Positions 1 through 11,656 of a DNA stretch of 64,000 bases are shown here, piece after piece; positions within the stretch are counted from its first letter, which is position 1; each line of letters starts with the position of its first letter. The notes under the pieces were generated by a model. It had not been told where the DNA came from. It saw only the letters and a program-made list of their open reading frames with translations, and did no database searches. Made by a program: the position numbers and the translations under genes. Source of the stretch: Macrostomum lignano. Its lineage: Eukaryota. The stretch covers positions 248,001 to 312,000 of the forward strand of contig NIVC01000886.1 of the NCBI GenBank assembly GCA_002269645.1. The letters run 5' to 3'.

Positions 1-3000
1 GGCACTGGCTCACGCCGAAGTGCACTTGCCTGGTTCGCTGGTGTCGTGACCGGTCCACCTCCTGGCTGCACCTCCGGGATCGCCAAAGGCCGGAAGTGCC
101 ATCGGAGGGCCGGCCTTGCGTCGTAGCCGTCATCATCATCATCATCGGGGTCGTCCTGGTCGTCCTCGGGAATCGACGTCAGGGTCGCGGGTCCTGCGCC
201 GTCGGGGACGTCGGGCGGTCGCCGACGTTTCTTCGGTTTGTCGACTTCAGGATCGGAAGTCCTCGTGTAATCGGCGTCAGGCACGAGTAGGAGGTTCCGG
301 CGATGGACGATTAGTTCGTCTCGTCTGGCTCTCGGGTTGGGCAGTCTCCGTCGAATCTTGTAGACGACCTCGCCCTTGGGCTCGACGACTTCGTATAAGG
401 CTTTGCGAGGTCGATGAAATTTCGCCGCTTCATCCGGTTCGAGCACCGGGTTGTTGAGGAAGACCAGATCGCCGGGTTGGAGCTTCTTGGCGGCGGGCAG
501 GTTCGAGTAGTGCTCGTCTCGCAGTTGTTGGTGCAGGTGCAGGCGCTCCTTGGCCAGCTCAGTCGCCTCGTCCAGGCGACACTGGAAGTCTTTGACGTAG
601 TCGGGCAGATCGGCGTACTCAGGCAGCTTCTTCAGCGCGTTGTCGATCGGGAGTCGGAAGTCACGGCCGAACACCAGGTAGTGAGGCGTGAAACCTGTCA
701 CCGGGTGGACGCTGGAGCGGAGAGCCATCAGGCAGGCTGGGAGGTAGGTATCCCAGTCGTTGTGGTTGCGCTCAAGCAGGCAGGTGAGGACCTTCTTTAG
801 TTGTTTGTTCAGATTCTCGACTTGTCCATTGGAAGCTGGGTTGTATGGTGTTGTTGTCGTGTGCCGAATGCCGAACAGGTCGCAGAACTTCTTGAAAGCT
901 GTGCCGGTAAAGTTGGTGCCTTGGTCGGTGTGAATCCAGCATGGTACACCGAATTCGGGGATGAAGCGCTCTTGCAGAAGCTTGATGACTGTTTTGGCTT
1001 TCTGGTTTCTCATCGGGTAGGCGAATGGATACTTCGACGTCGCATCGCACAAGGTCAGGATGTAGCGGTTGCCGCTCTTGCTTTTCTGCGCGATTGGTCC
1101 TACTACATCACAGTGGATTCTACCCAGAACTTCGCAGACTGGGAAGCTCTGGACCGGAACTCTTTCTCGCCGTCGCGATTTACTTTCAAGGCAGGTGCGG
1201 CACTTACTGATGAAGGTCTTGGTAGCACGGGCTAATCCGGGTCTCCAGAACCGTTCTCGTAGCCGCAGTAACGTCTTCGTCTCGCCGAGGTGTCCACACA
1301 GTGGCGAACTGTGGAGCTCCTGGAGCACCTGGGCGTCAAGGGCCTCAGGCAGAACAACCTTTGGCGGCTGCTGGCCATCGGACAGGTCAATCAGCAGCAG
1401 GCCGTTGTCCTCCTGCAGGTTCTCGTAGTATCCGAGCAGGTTCCGCTGCTCCTTCGTCAGGCGCAACCGGGCGTCGAACTCAGGCTTCGGGGCTTCGTCC
1501 TTGACCAGGTTGAGCACGTAGCTAATGGCTCGGTCAGCGCGCTGGGCTTCAACGAACTGTTGGCGAGTCATCGGCAGTTGCAGAAAATCAGTGAGCACAG
1601 CGCGGCATGGCTGAGGGGTCATGACTACCGCAGTCTCCGCTTTAATGGCTCCAGGTCGATCACACAGCACCGTCTTGTCGGCGTCAGGATTAGGTCGCTC
1701 CGAGGGACTTTGTCTCACAACGTCGGCGTACGTCCGTTGATCTCGAATCGAAGTTCTCTTCATCGCTCTCATGACAGAAGATTCCGCAGATGGAGCAGCG
1801 CGCATGCCTCCACTGCATAGCACAGGCGACTCTTGGCTGTAGGGCGGGACGCAACACGTGAAGCACGCCTCGTCGCAGGCAGCCGTAGCCGTCGGCTCGG
1901 TAGTCATCAAAATTGGGTGAGTCTTCTCCTGCACTGGGCGGTGTCGCAAAGGGGGACTCGACTTTCCGCACAGGCGATGAGCAGCTGTCTGTTGGCCCGG
2001 GGGACAGAGCTTCGACCTTGCAGCTGGCGCGAGATTCTGGCCTCTGTCAACACGGCGAGAAATCTCAGCGAAAGGCTCGGAAGGGCTGTAGTTAAATTGC
2101 TTGCCTGGAGTTGCGTTGCGGGCCGTCATCAGAAGGGCTGCTGGTGCGGTGGCCTTTGAATCTTGGTCCGTGGGCGTCTCCAGAATCCGAGACCTGAAGT
2201 CTTGGGCGTCGTCAAGGAGGCCTGTGTCCACAGTGGCCTCAAGGTCTTCGTCCAGGTTGGTCTCCAAGTTGCGGTAGGCGGCATGGGCATCGCGGCAGAG
2301 GGCTGTTGTCGCAGTGGCCTCTGAGTTGTCGTCCAGGCCGGTCTCCAGGCGTTGACTGCAGCGGTGGGCGTCGTGCTGGAAGGCTGCTGGCGCGGTGGCT
2401 TCCAGGTCTTCGTCCAGGTCAGTCTTGGCCTCCAAGCAGCGAGAGTGGACTGTCTTCTGGAGGGCTGCTCTGGCAGTGGCCTCGGGTGTCGGGTCCAAAT
2501 CCGATTCCAGGTCGTGGTCGTCACCGGGTCGGGCTGTAGAACCGGGTTGCTCTAGCAGTCGGCCATGCTCGAAGGAGATCGGCGGCGCCTCCGGTCTTCT
2601 TGACAGGGCATCAGCGTTGGCGTGGTCCTTGCCTTTGCGGTGGTTGAGCTGGAAGCGGAACTCGCTTAGGCGTTCGATCCAGCGGCCTAAAATACCTGTG
2701 GCCTGAGTCTGGTTCAGTAACCACAGTAAGGCCCGATGATCGGATCGAACTTCAAACTTCTTGCCAATTAAATAATGACGGAAATGTCGCATAGCGTCCA
2801 CAATTGCAAGCAGCTCTTTCTTCGTGACCGTGTAGCGCTTCTCAGGATCGCGAAGTTTACGGCTAAAGAATGCAATTGGACGTTCGACGCCGTCGGATTG
2901 CAGTTGTCCAAGGCAAGCGCCTATTCGAATATCAGAGGCATCCGTGTCGAGGACAAACTTCACTGCAGGATCAGAATTAAACTCAGGCAGAGCGAGAACT

Positions 3001-4988
3001 TCAGTAGAACACAGTTTCTTCTTCAAAGTGTCGAACGCTACCTGATGCTCGGGAGTCCAATGCTGCCGCAGGCTGCCAATGTCCTTTCGCGTCAGGGCAT
3101 GCAGCGGCGCAGCCACTCCAGCGTAGCCGTCGACAAACTTGTGGTAGTAATTGGCGAGGCCTAGGAATTGTCTCAGTTGAGTAACGGACTGTGGCACGGG
3201 CCAATCACGGATCTGCGCAATCTTGTCCTCACAGGTCTTCAGGCCGTCGGGAGTCACGACGTGACCTAAATAATGCAGCTCCTTGAGGAACAAATGACAC
3301 TTCTTCGGTTTCACTTTGAGGTTGGCTGCGATGATGCGCTGGAGTACAGTTCGCAAGTTATCCAGCTGTTCCTCGAAAGTCACTGAGTGCACCACGATGT
3401 CATCCATGTAGCCAAGCGCAGTCTTTGGCGTCAGGCCGTCCAGGAGCTTATTGATGCAACGCTGAAAGCTGCCGGGACTATCGTGGAGACCCATCGGTAG
3501 AACGTTAAAACAGAATTGGCCGCGGTCGATCACTGAGAATGCCGTCAAGTGCTGGTCGCAGTCACGCAGCGGGATCTGCCAGAATCCTTGAGCAAGGTCC
3601 AAGCTGGAATACCACTGAGCACCACGAAGCTTCGCGAAGGTTTCCTGGATGTGCGGCAGCGGATACGGGTGGTAGACACACCTGTCGTTGAGAGCTCTGA
3701 AGTCGTGGACTAGTCGGATGTTGCCGTCCTTCTTGGGCACGATGAGCATTGGCGAATTGTAGCTCGAGTAAGCAGGGCGAATGATGTGCTTCGCCAGCAT
3801 CTCGTCTAGCAGGGCGTCGAGTTTGTCCTTCAGATGAGGCGGGATTCGGCGCGGTGGTAGCGCGACTGGTGTCCGGTCCTTCAAGATGATCTCGTGGGTC
3901 ACCAGGTGAGTCAGGCCGGCGTCTAGCAGGTGTTTGGAGAAGGCAGCCTGACATTCGACTAGTAGATCTCGCACTCTTTGATGTTGTTCTTTGGACAATT
4001 CGCTGTTGATCTCGACTTCCTCTAGCCATGCTGTGCTGGACTCTTCAGAGTTCTTCGGGAAGTGTCGCACTTCAGGTTCGGGCGTCTCGCTCAAGTACAT
4101 CAGGTCGGCAGTTCGGAGTGGCGTCGCAACACCAACACGGATACCGGCTTGCAGGAACACCTCGCTGTCGGCGGTGTTGACGACCTCAATGTAGCCGCGA
4201 CCTTCAGGCATCGTCATCAGAGCAGGCGCTGCCTCCAGAGCGTTGCAGCTGGGATGCAGCCTCGACTTAACCAGCTCGACAATTGATGGCGATCCTCGAT
4301 TCTCGGAATGGCCGTCATCCAATCTGACGGGAAGCAGCGCTGAACTTCTAGGCGGCAGGGTGCACTTCTCGGAGGTGTACACTCGGCAGGTTTGAAGCTC
4401 ACGACGCGAATAACGAACAGGGATGCACGTGCCATTGTTGAACGTTAGCATTCCTTGAGCGAAGTCCAAGTTCTGGCAGTGCTCTCGCATAAACGATACG
4501 CCAAGTAAATTTTCACAATCGGAGACCGTGACGAGGAATTCGGTGTCCGCGACGACATCACCGAACTCCACCGGAATGGTCACCTTACAAGCAAGTGGGA
4601 GCTGCGTCCCATCATACATAGTTACGCAATCGGGATTAGCATGCGATATAATACAACGAGGCATCCGGCGTCTAATAGCGGCCCAGGTTGACGAACCGAG
4701 GAAGTTTTTCCGGCTGCCGCTGTCTAGCAAGAAAGGGACCTCTCGACTCGCAACTCGACCTGTGACGTACGGATCGGCCTCACGCGCATGGATTTTTTGA
4801 TTCGGGGAGGTGTCCACGAAACCTCCGCACTCAGCGTCGCTTACTGACGAGCGACTGTCGGACTGGGCATTGGCGCCTGCGCAGCCGACATCCTCTTCTT
4901 CTCGCGACCGTTCTGAGTCTGCCAAGTAGCCTGGGCTTGGACCTCGCGGAGGGCGGTGCCGTTGTCGCTCTCCGCCTGGCCGTTTCCC
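1..4988 (-). CDS. pol: Gypsy Pol polyprotein (protease, RT, RNase H, integrase), reached by -1 frameshift; open to the window edge
   Basis: Hand translation, all motifs in one frame: FLLDSGS (D at 4722-4724), LDLAQGFWQI, YMDD (3399-3410), DTDASD (~2940), ADALSR, HSSPLCGH...C..C, HCDVVGP, HTDQG (924-926), NGQVENLN. No stop in the segments I translated (~1-300, 1500-2640, 3900-4990). Confidence 0.93.
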
Positions 4989-6013
4989 TGGTTCTGGCGC
5001 ATCGGGCACTGGGTGTTGCGATGACCGGGCTGTCCGCAGCTATAGCAGATTATAGCTCTCTTTGGCGGGCTGGCTACCTGCTGTTGGTCACGCTGCACCA
5101 GGTGATCCAGCATTCGCTGCTGCTTCTCGATCAAGTCGGTTAGAGTCAGCAAGGCTTGGGCGGTGACGTCGGGCTTCGGGTCGCCGTCCTCCTCCCCGTC
5201 CAACATCCTAACCGGGGGTTGAGCGGTTCGTTGCGCCAATTCTTTGGCGCCTTCTAGTCGTCGTAGTTCTCGAATCGCAGCAAGAAGATTGTTCGGGCGG
5301 ACCCAGTACAGCCGTTCACGCAGGTCTGGAGTCGTCCGGATACCAGCAAGAAATTGATCAGCAATCTCCTTCTCGCGGTCTTCAGGATGCATTCGAGGAT
5401 ACGCACGTTCACCAAGAGTTCTCAGGGCGTCAGCAAACTCTTCTGCTGACTCATTCTTGCCTTGTTGACGACGCCTCAACAGTTCTCGATACTCATCAGC
5501 ACCACCATGACGGGCAAATCGCTCTATCAGACGCTGCTTGACCTCCTCGTAGCTGGCGAAACGCGGAAGATTCATACCAAGCAGGGCAGGATACGCAGTC
5601 GCTAAGTCAAGACTCGCGATGAGGTGTTGCTTCATCTCGAACGGGTCGACGATGCGCTCCATCTCGCAACGCTGCTCGAACGCGGCAAGCCAGACATGAA
5701 TGTCCTGACTTGGAGTATACTTCACAATCTTAACTTGTTTACTCACAGGCCGCTCCATCTGCTGCTGCAGAGCTGCCATCATGGTCCTCACGTCCTGGTG
5801 CGTGATGTTCCGGCCGATGTTGTCCAGGCCTTGCAGAAGCTCGTCTGGCGGGTCGTCGGACACGTCGCTTCTCGCACCTTGCCTCGGCGTTGGCTGCTGA
5901 CCAAAGTCGTTGATCGCTGCTGCTGCTGCGGCATCCGTGGCCGCAGGCCTCGAACTGCTGATGTGCTGATCCAGCCGGCTGCTGCACCGGCTCTCGTCTC
6001 GTTCGTTGAACAT
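4841..6013 (-). CDS. gag: Gypsy Gag with C-terminal CCHC zinc knuckle
   Basis: ORF 4841-6163, first in-frame ATG at 6013; CYSCGQPGHRNTQC at 5006-5047; capsid-like QGKNESAEEFADALRTL segment. Confidence 0.9.
   Translation of the reverse strand: MFNERDESRCSSRLDQHISSSRPAATDAAAAAAINDFGQQPTPRQGARSDVSDDPPDELLQGLDNIGRNITHQDVRTMMAALQQQMERPVSKQVKIVKYTPSQDIHVWLAAFEQRCEMERIVDPFEMKQHLIASLDLATAYPALLGMNLPRFASYEEVKQRLIERFARHGGADEYRELLRRRQQGKNESAEEFADALRTLGERAYPRMHPEDREKEIADQFLAGIRTTPDLRERLYWVRPNNLLAAIRELRRLEGAKELAQRTAQPPVRMLDGEEDGDPKPDVTAQALLTLTDLIEKQQRMLDHLVQRDQQQVASPPKRAIICYSCGQPGHRNTQCPMRQNQGNGQAESDNGTALREVQAQATWQTQNGREKKRMSAAQAPMPSPTVARQ
4982..4988 (-). promoter_or_regulatory. -1 ribosomal frameshift slippery heptamer G GGA AAC
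   Basis: X XXY YYZ phased to the gag frame, inside the ~200-nt gag/pol overlap; followed after 6 nt by a GCGGAG...CTCCGC stem. Confidence 0.75.
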
Positions 6014-6198
6014 GTTGAACTCGTCGTAGTCGCTGGCCGAAGTCGTTCTCGAAAGAGCGGTTGGCTTGGGTGTGTCGTAGTCGGATCCCACCGCTGCGTC
6101 ACCAGTGTTGTACCTTTGGTTGTCCTGCTGTACAGCGCAGTGACTTAGGCTTCGTCCTCTCACTTAGAAGCCTTCTTAACTTTAGTAGCGTAGGTAGT

Positions 6199-6208
6199 GC
6201 TGCCACCA
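6199..6208 (-). promoter_or_regulatory. Primer-binding site TGGTGGCAGC (tRNA-Leu type)
   Basis: Complementary over 10 nt to the ...GCTGCCACCA 3' end of eukaryotic tRNA-Leu; lies just upstream of gag. Confidence 0.65.
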
Positions 6209-7090
6209 GTTCCTTCAGGTCTCGGCCTTCGGTGAGGTGAGCTTCCCGTCGGAACGAAATAATGAAGTCAACGAACACAGCACGACGTGCAGATTTGCAG
6301 CTCAACGTATAAGGCGTCTCGTCAGCAGTACCTGCCGGGCTAGGATGGTAGAGGGAGGGCTGAGTTAGCCTCTCGTAGACTTGGGTTGACTTGGTCGGGT
6401 TTCAGTCGGAGCAGTAGGAATAGAGTCAATACTCGCAAAGGCTCGGACACTCGGGGATTTGGTCACACGCAGACGTAGAACTCGAGGTTGAACAGAAAGA
6501 AGACTCCTTGACGGAAACAAGGGGGAGAGAGCTCCTATTTATAGCCGGGAAACACCCACGCAGAAGACCTCGTGACTTGTTCTATTTTTAGAACTGACGT
6601 CACTCGAGAGTCTTGGGCAGGGTACAAGCGTGCGGAAGACCTCGTGACTTGTTCTATTTTTAGAACTGACGTCACTTGAGGTCCCCGGCCAGAGTACACG
6701 CGGCTGTGACTCAGTTGCTATTTTTAGCAACATGAGTCACTCCTCTCCTTAGAGAAGGGAGGGGTCCGAAAGCACGTGACTCACCCGGTAAACAGGGCCA
6801 ACGAGTGCAGTAAACATGTTTACTGCACTTTAAGACTCAAAGAACGCAAGAACTGTCATGTGACTTGCTCACAAGACAGGGAAAACGGGACGGGAGCGAA
6901 ACAGAGACAGCCCACAGCCGAGAGGCTGTGGGCTGAGAACGGAGACGCAGAAGGCCAGAACAGGCCACGGGCAGCAGCAGACAAACGAAAGGGAGGGGCG
7001 GGAAGCTGACCAGCGGCAGACAGCAACCCAGGGCGGAGGCGAGGGAACAGCTGACAAGTGCGACGCCTAACCATAAACTAGCGGCTCACT
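6208..7090 (-). promoter_or_regulatory. 5' LTR with TATA box and duplicated enhancer units
   Basis: TATAAATA on the minus strand at 6536-6543; 42-bp direct repeats at 6563-6604 and 6635-6676. Outer end uncertain (7079-7093) because the second LTR is off-window. Confidence 0.7.
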
Positions 7091-7093
7091 ACA

Positions 7094-7620
7094 TTATACT
7101 ACGGTGTGATTAGATGTTATACTATCGTGTGTGATTAGATGTTATACTACGGTGTGATTAGATGTTATACTATGGTGTGATTAGATGTTATACTATGGTG
7201 TGATTAGATGTTATACTATCGTGTGTGATTAGATGTTATACTATGGTGTGATTAGATGTTATACTATGGTGTGATTAGAGGCCATACTATGGTGTGATTA
7301 GAGGCCATACTATGGTGTGATTAGAGGCTACACTATGGTGTGATTAGAGGCCATACTATGGTGTGATTAGAGGCCATACTATGGTGTGATTAGAGGCCAT
7401 ACTATGGTGTGATTAGAGGCTACACTATGGTGTGATTAGAGGCCATACTATGGTGTGATTAGAGGCCACTCTATGGTGTGATTAGAGGCCACTCTATGGT
7501 GTGATTAGAGGCCACACTATGGTGTGATTAGGGGCCACTCTATGGTGTGATTAGAGGCCACTCTATGGTGTGATTAGAGGCCACACTATGGTGTGATTAG
7601 AGGCTACAATATGGTGAGAT
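7094..7620. repeat. 22-23 bp minisatellite (TACTATGGTGTGATTAGATGTTA / ...GAGGCCA)
   Basis: Direct tandem copies in two sub-arrays. Confidence 0.95.
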
Positions 7621-7791
7621 CTGAAGTCATACTATAGTGTGTTTGATTTGAGGCAATTGGGGCCTTAGGACCATGCCTTAGTATTGTTAAGTTCGATGCA
7701 TCTGTATTTCTATTATTTTTTTTATGAGAATTATTAGTGTCCTGAATCTATTTAATAGTTAGAAGCTTTTTGATTCACCTGTGCCTGTCAG

Positions 7792-9039
7792 GTCACGCGC
7801 AGCCTGTCAGCATTCGAGGAGCTGCTCCGTCAGACCAGTCATCGCCTGCTGGCAGCCGAAAGCGAGCTGGAAGCGTTGCCCCAGTTAGACAGCCTGGGAG
7901 TTGCTCAACTGTCAAGCGAGCTGTCCCGTCTGGAGCAGTTCCAGGAGTCCATGGCGCCGCTCGATCAACTCGTCGCCTCGCTGGAGCGCCAGTCGCAGGC
8001 TTTCCGCGATTCAAAAGTGGTGCTGACGCACACGCTGGTGTCGCAGATCAGCGACCTGCGCAGCCGCCACCGGGATCTGCACGAGGCGATGCGAGCGAGG
8101 GCGCGACTTCTGGCCTCGCTGCGGCGTCCTGGCGGCATCATGTCGGCCTCGTTCACCGCGGGCACGTCGCCGTCCTTGCAGCCGCAGAAGTCGCCAGCTC
8201 GGGCGATTGCTCCGGTGTCGCCTCTGCTGCAGCAGCGACAGTATCATCACCAGCAGCAGCAGCAGCAGCAGCAGACACAGCCGCACAAGCAGCCGAGTCA
8301 GGCTGTCCCTCAGCTGCCCAGCCCCCTGCCGGGTCCCAGCTTCGCGCACCCAGCCGTAGCCAACAGCGTCCAGGCGCCGTGGCAGCGGCTGCTCCACCCC
8401 AGCGGCAATCAGGTGCCATACTACCGCAACTCGGACACGCAAGAGACCAGCTGGGACCATCCGGTGATGACGGAGCTGACTCGCAGCCTGGCCGAGTTGA
8501 ACAGCATCCGCTATTCGGCTTATCGCACTGCGGCAAAATTGAAACGTCTTCAACGAACTCTGTACCTGGACTTGGTGTCGCTCACCTCGGCTGCCGACGT
8601 ATTCCGCGACCACGGCATCGCCTCGGCTTTAACTGGCGGCCCAAGCGGCGGCGGCGAGTGTCTGATCGACGTCGGCCAGATGAGTAACTGCCTGGCCAGC
8701 CTGTTTGCAAGGTCGCGAGCTCGCATCGCGGATGCGTCACTGCAGGCGCAGACAATCGATTTGAGTCTTAACTGGCTGCTCAATGTGTACGATCACGTGC
8801 GCAGCGGCCGGATGCGAGCTCTGAGCTTCAAGGTCGGCTTGGTGCTGCTGTCCGCGGCCGGTCTGGAGGACAAGTACCGCTACCTGTTCGCGTCAGTGGC
8901 TGACGAGAGAGGTGTCCTTGACCAACGCCGTCTGGGCCTGCTGCTGCACGACTGCATGCAGGTGCCGCGTCACCTGGGCGAAGCGGCCAGCTTTGGTGGC
9001 AGCAACGTTGAACCGTCTGTGCGCTCGTGCTTTGAAAAG
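7792..9039 (+). CDS. DMD: Dystrophin exon: end of last spectrin repeat, polyQ insert, WW domain, EF-hand region
   Basis: CAG acceptor at 7789-7791 (phase 0); PWQR...VPYYRNSDTQETSWDHP; YSAYRTAAKL; LNWLLNVYD; DKYRYLF; ASFGGSNVEPSVRSCF; GT donor at 9040. Confidence 0.93.
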
Positions 9040-10232
9040 GTGCGTTGATTGCCTAAGGTTGGCGGTTTGATTGTTCTGTCTTTTCTGAGCCATTGTGGCC
9101 GAAGCTACTGACCTGCATTGAGGCACTTACACTTAAATTTGAGCTCCTGTGGATGCACAGGAAACCAGCAAGGAGCAGTAGATAGGATAGTCTCCTAGAT
9201 TTTCTATCCCATTTCTCATTCCCTGACAAACAACAACAAGAACTAATGTCGTGAACTTTTTTCAAGTCGTGCAAAAAGCTGTGGGCACCCTGGCTGCAAA
9301 GCCTTCGGCGACTGACATTCCACTGACTCTTGAGCACATGTATCAGCGCGCCAATACTGCTCATACGAGTGTACATCGGCCCTGACTTTCTAATCGTTTT
9401 TTGTACGACAACCACCCCTTCCACCAGTCTCAGATGACTCGAATCTGGCCTCGAACTAAGGTATTGTATTTTGAAATACTGTGAAAGTCGTGTGTATGCA
9501 ATATTTACCCCTTGTCAGTGCCAATCAGGCTTCATGATCTGTGAAGCTTTGCAAAAGTAGCAAAATCCCAAACTAGCTTGCTGGAGAAAGACCCAGCAGG
9601 GAGCCGCGGGATGATGCGGATGTCGAAAGTCGTGGGTTGGGAGGAATTGGGGGGCCGCCGTATTTTCGTAGGATTCTGGGTCGAAGGATGGGGGATTTTC
9701 GCATCATCCTGCTGCCAGCTTTCCCACAATTCGATGCATACATAGATGTGTAGCCGAAAATGCGCACACAGATAGAGCTAGCGCTTTCAATGGTTAATGC
9801 ATTCTGTTGATAGCCAGAATTAGCAGTTATTACATATAGTCCCAGGGCTTTGCAGGCCGAGAATGTTAAACTAAATGGTTTATTTATTCTATTCTAGCTA
9901 GCTTCTACGAGAATAAGGACGCGCCCTCTGACTATAACTCATGGGTTGGCATATGCACCGCATCTTGTTATCGCATGCAAATATGCACAATCGGCCTTTA
10001 CATGTACATGTAGTACGCCTGATCGCTTTTTAGAAGCGCGTGCAGTGCGTCGACTGAGAGGTCCGTAAAAAACCAAATGATGCAACATATAGGCTTGACC
10101 TCAATACAACCGATTATTCTAACACTGTTAAAGTACGTATGACGTAATAGACTACATTGTATACACCCTGACAGTATATTAAGGCCGAGTATTATGGTTA
10201 AAGTCGGGATTTTCGGCACTTGAATCGTGCAG

Positions 10233-11167
10233 AGACTCTCATTTTGGCGCCACAGGCACTCCCATTTTGGCGCCGCAGACACTCTCAGTTTGGCGCCGCA
10301 GACACTCTCATTTTGGCGCCATAGACACTCCCAGTTTGGCGCCATAGACACTCCCATTTTGGCGCTATAGACACTCTCATTTTGGCGCCATAGACACTCT
10401 CATTTTGGCGCCGCAGGCACTCCCATTTTGGCGCCGCAGACACTCTCAGTTTGGCGCCGCAGACACTCTCATTTTGGCGCCATAGACACTCCCAGTTTGG
10501 CGCCATAGACACTCCCATTTTGGCGCCATAGACACTCCCATTTTGGCGCTATAGACACTCTCATTTTGGCGCCATAGACACTCCCATTTTGGCGCCATAG
10601 ACACTCCCATTTTTGGCGCCATAGACACTCCCATTTTGGCGCTATAGACACTCTCATTTTGGCGCCATAGACACTCCCAGTTTGGCGCCATAGACACTCC
10701 CATTTTGGCGCCATAGACACTCCCATTTTGGCGCGATAGACACTCTCATTTTGGCGCCATAGAAACTCTCATTTTGGCGCCGCAGACACTCCCATTTTGG
10801 CGCTATAGACACTCCCATTTTGGCGCTATAGACACTCTCATTTTGGCGCCATAGACACTCCCATTTTAGCGCTATAGACACTCTCATTTTGGCGCCATAG
10901 ACACTCCCATTTTGGCGCTATAGACACTCTCATTTTGGCGCCATAGAAACTCTCATTTTGGCGCCGCAGACACTCCCATTTTGGCGCCATAGAAACTCTC
11001 ATTTTGGCGCCATAGAAACTCTCATTTTGGCGCCGCAGACACTCCCATTTTGGCGCTATAGACACTCTCATTTTGGCGCCGCAGACACTCTCATTTTGGC
11101 GCCATAGACACTCCCATTTTGGCGCCGCAGACACTCCCATTTTGGCGCCCCAGACACTCTCATTTTG
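10233..11167. repeat. 20-21 bp minisatellite (TTTTGGCGCCATAGACACTC[T/C]CA)
   Basis: About 45 tandem copies in a dystrophin intron. Confidence 0.95.
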
Positions 11168-11574
11168 GATATATTATAACATCGAGTCGACTCATTATCA
11201 ATTAATATTGAGCTCTTTCAATCTCTCTTACTATTAATTAGGCGATAGCCATGTCCCAGCTGGTTGTAAATCAGTCAAAAAAGTTTTCGCGATCTACGAA
11301 GAAGGACGAATTAACAAATCAATTTGAGTCGGAGATACGCAAGATAGGGTTATTTGTGAGTAGTAAATATTATGTAATTTATAATCGAACTAATTGCAAT
11401 AGAATTATTTTAAGGACATGCTAGATTCATTCTTTCCTATTAAAACTTCACCTTCATGCACAATATTTGTAATAACGAAAGCAAGCAATGTGCATGGTGT
11501 TGGCTTCTGCTTAACTTTTCTAGCAACCCCCCAGAGTAGAATACAAAATAGACAAATTCTACTCTCTCCAGCGG

Positions 11575-11656
11575 GTCGCGATGGCCGAGTGGTTAAGGCG
11601 TTGGACTTGAAATCCAATGGGATATTCCCTCGCAGGTTCGAATCCTGCTCGCGACG
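11575..11656 (+). tRNA. tRNA-Ser(UGA), intronic
   Basis: GTCGCGA/TCGCGAC acceptor stem, G discriminator, TTGGA-CTTGAAA-TCCAA anticodon arm, long variable arm GGGA-TAT-TCCC, GGTTCGAATCC B box, T6 terminator at 11661-11666. Confidence 0.95.

Larger units (their letters stand above)
1..7090 (-). mobile_element. Ty3/gypsy LTR retrotransposon, apparently intact; 3' end lies beyond the left window edge
   Basis: gag with CCHC knuckle, then protease-RT-RNase H-integrase order, PBS and a 5' LTR-like region with TATA box. LTR boundaries are approximate. Confidence 0.95.

Noticed and set aside
96-6148. Many plus-strand ORFs over the gypsy element (e.g. 414-800, 801-1235, 1290-1820, 5624-6148)
   Set aside because: Antisense shadows of the gag/pol frames; no independent motifs.
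6014-6163. GTG-initiated 50-codon N-terminal extension of Gag
   Set aside because: The frame is open but nothing supports non-AUG initiation; the first ATG at 6013 was used.
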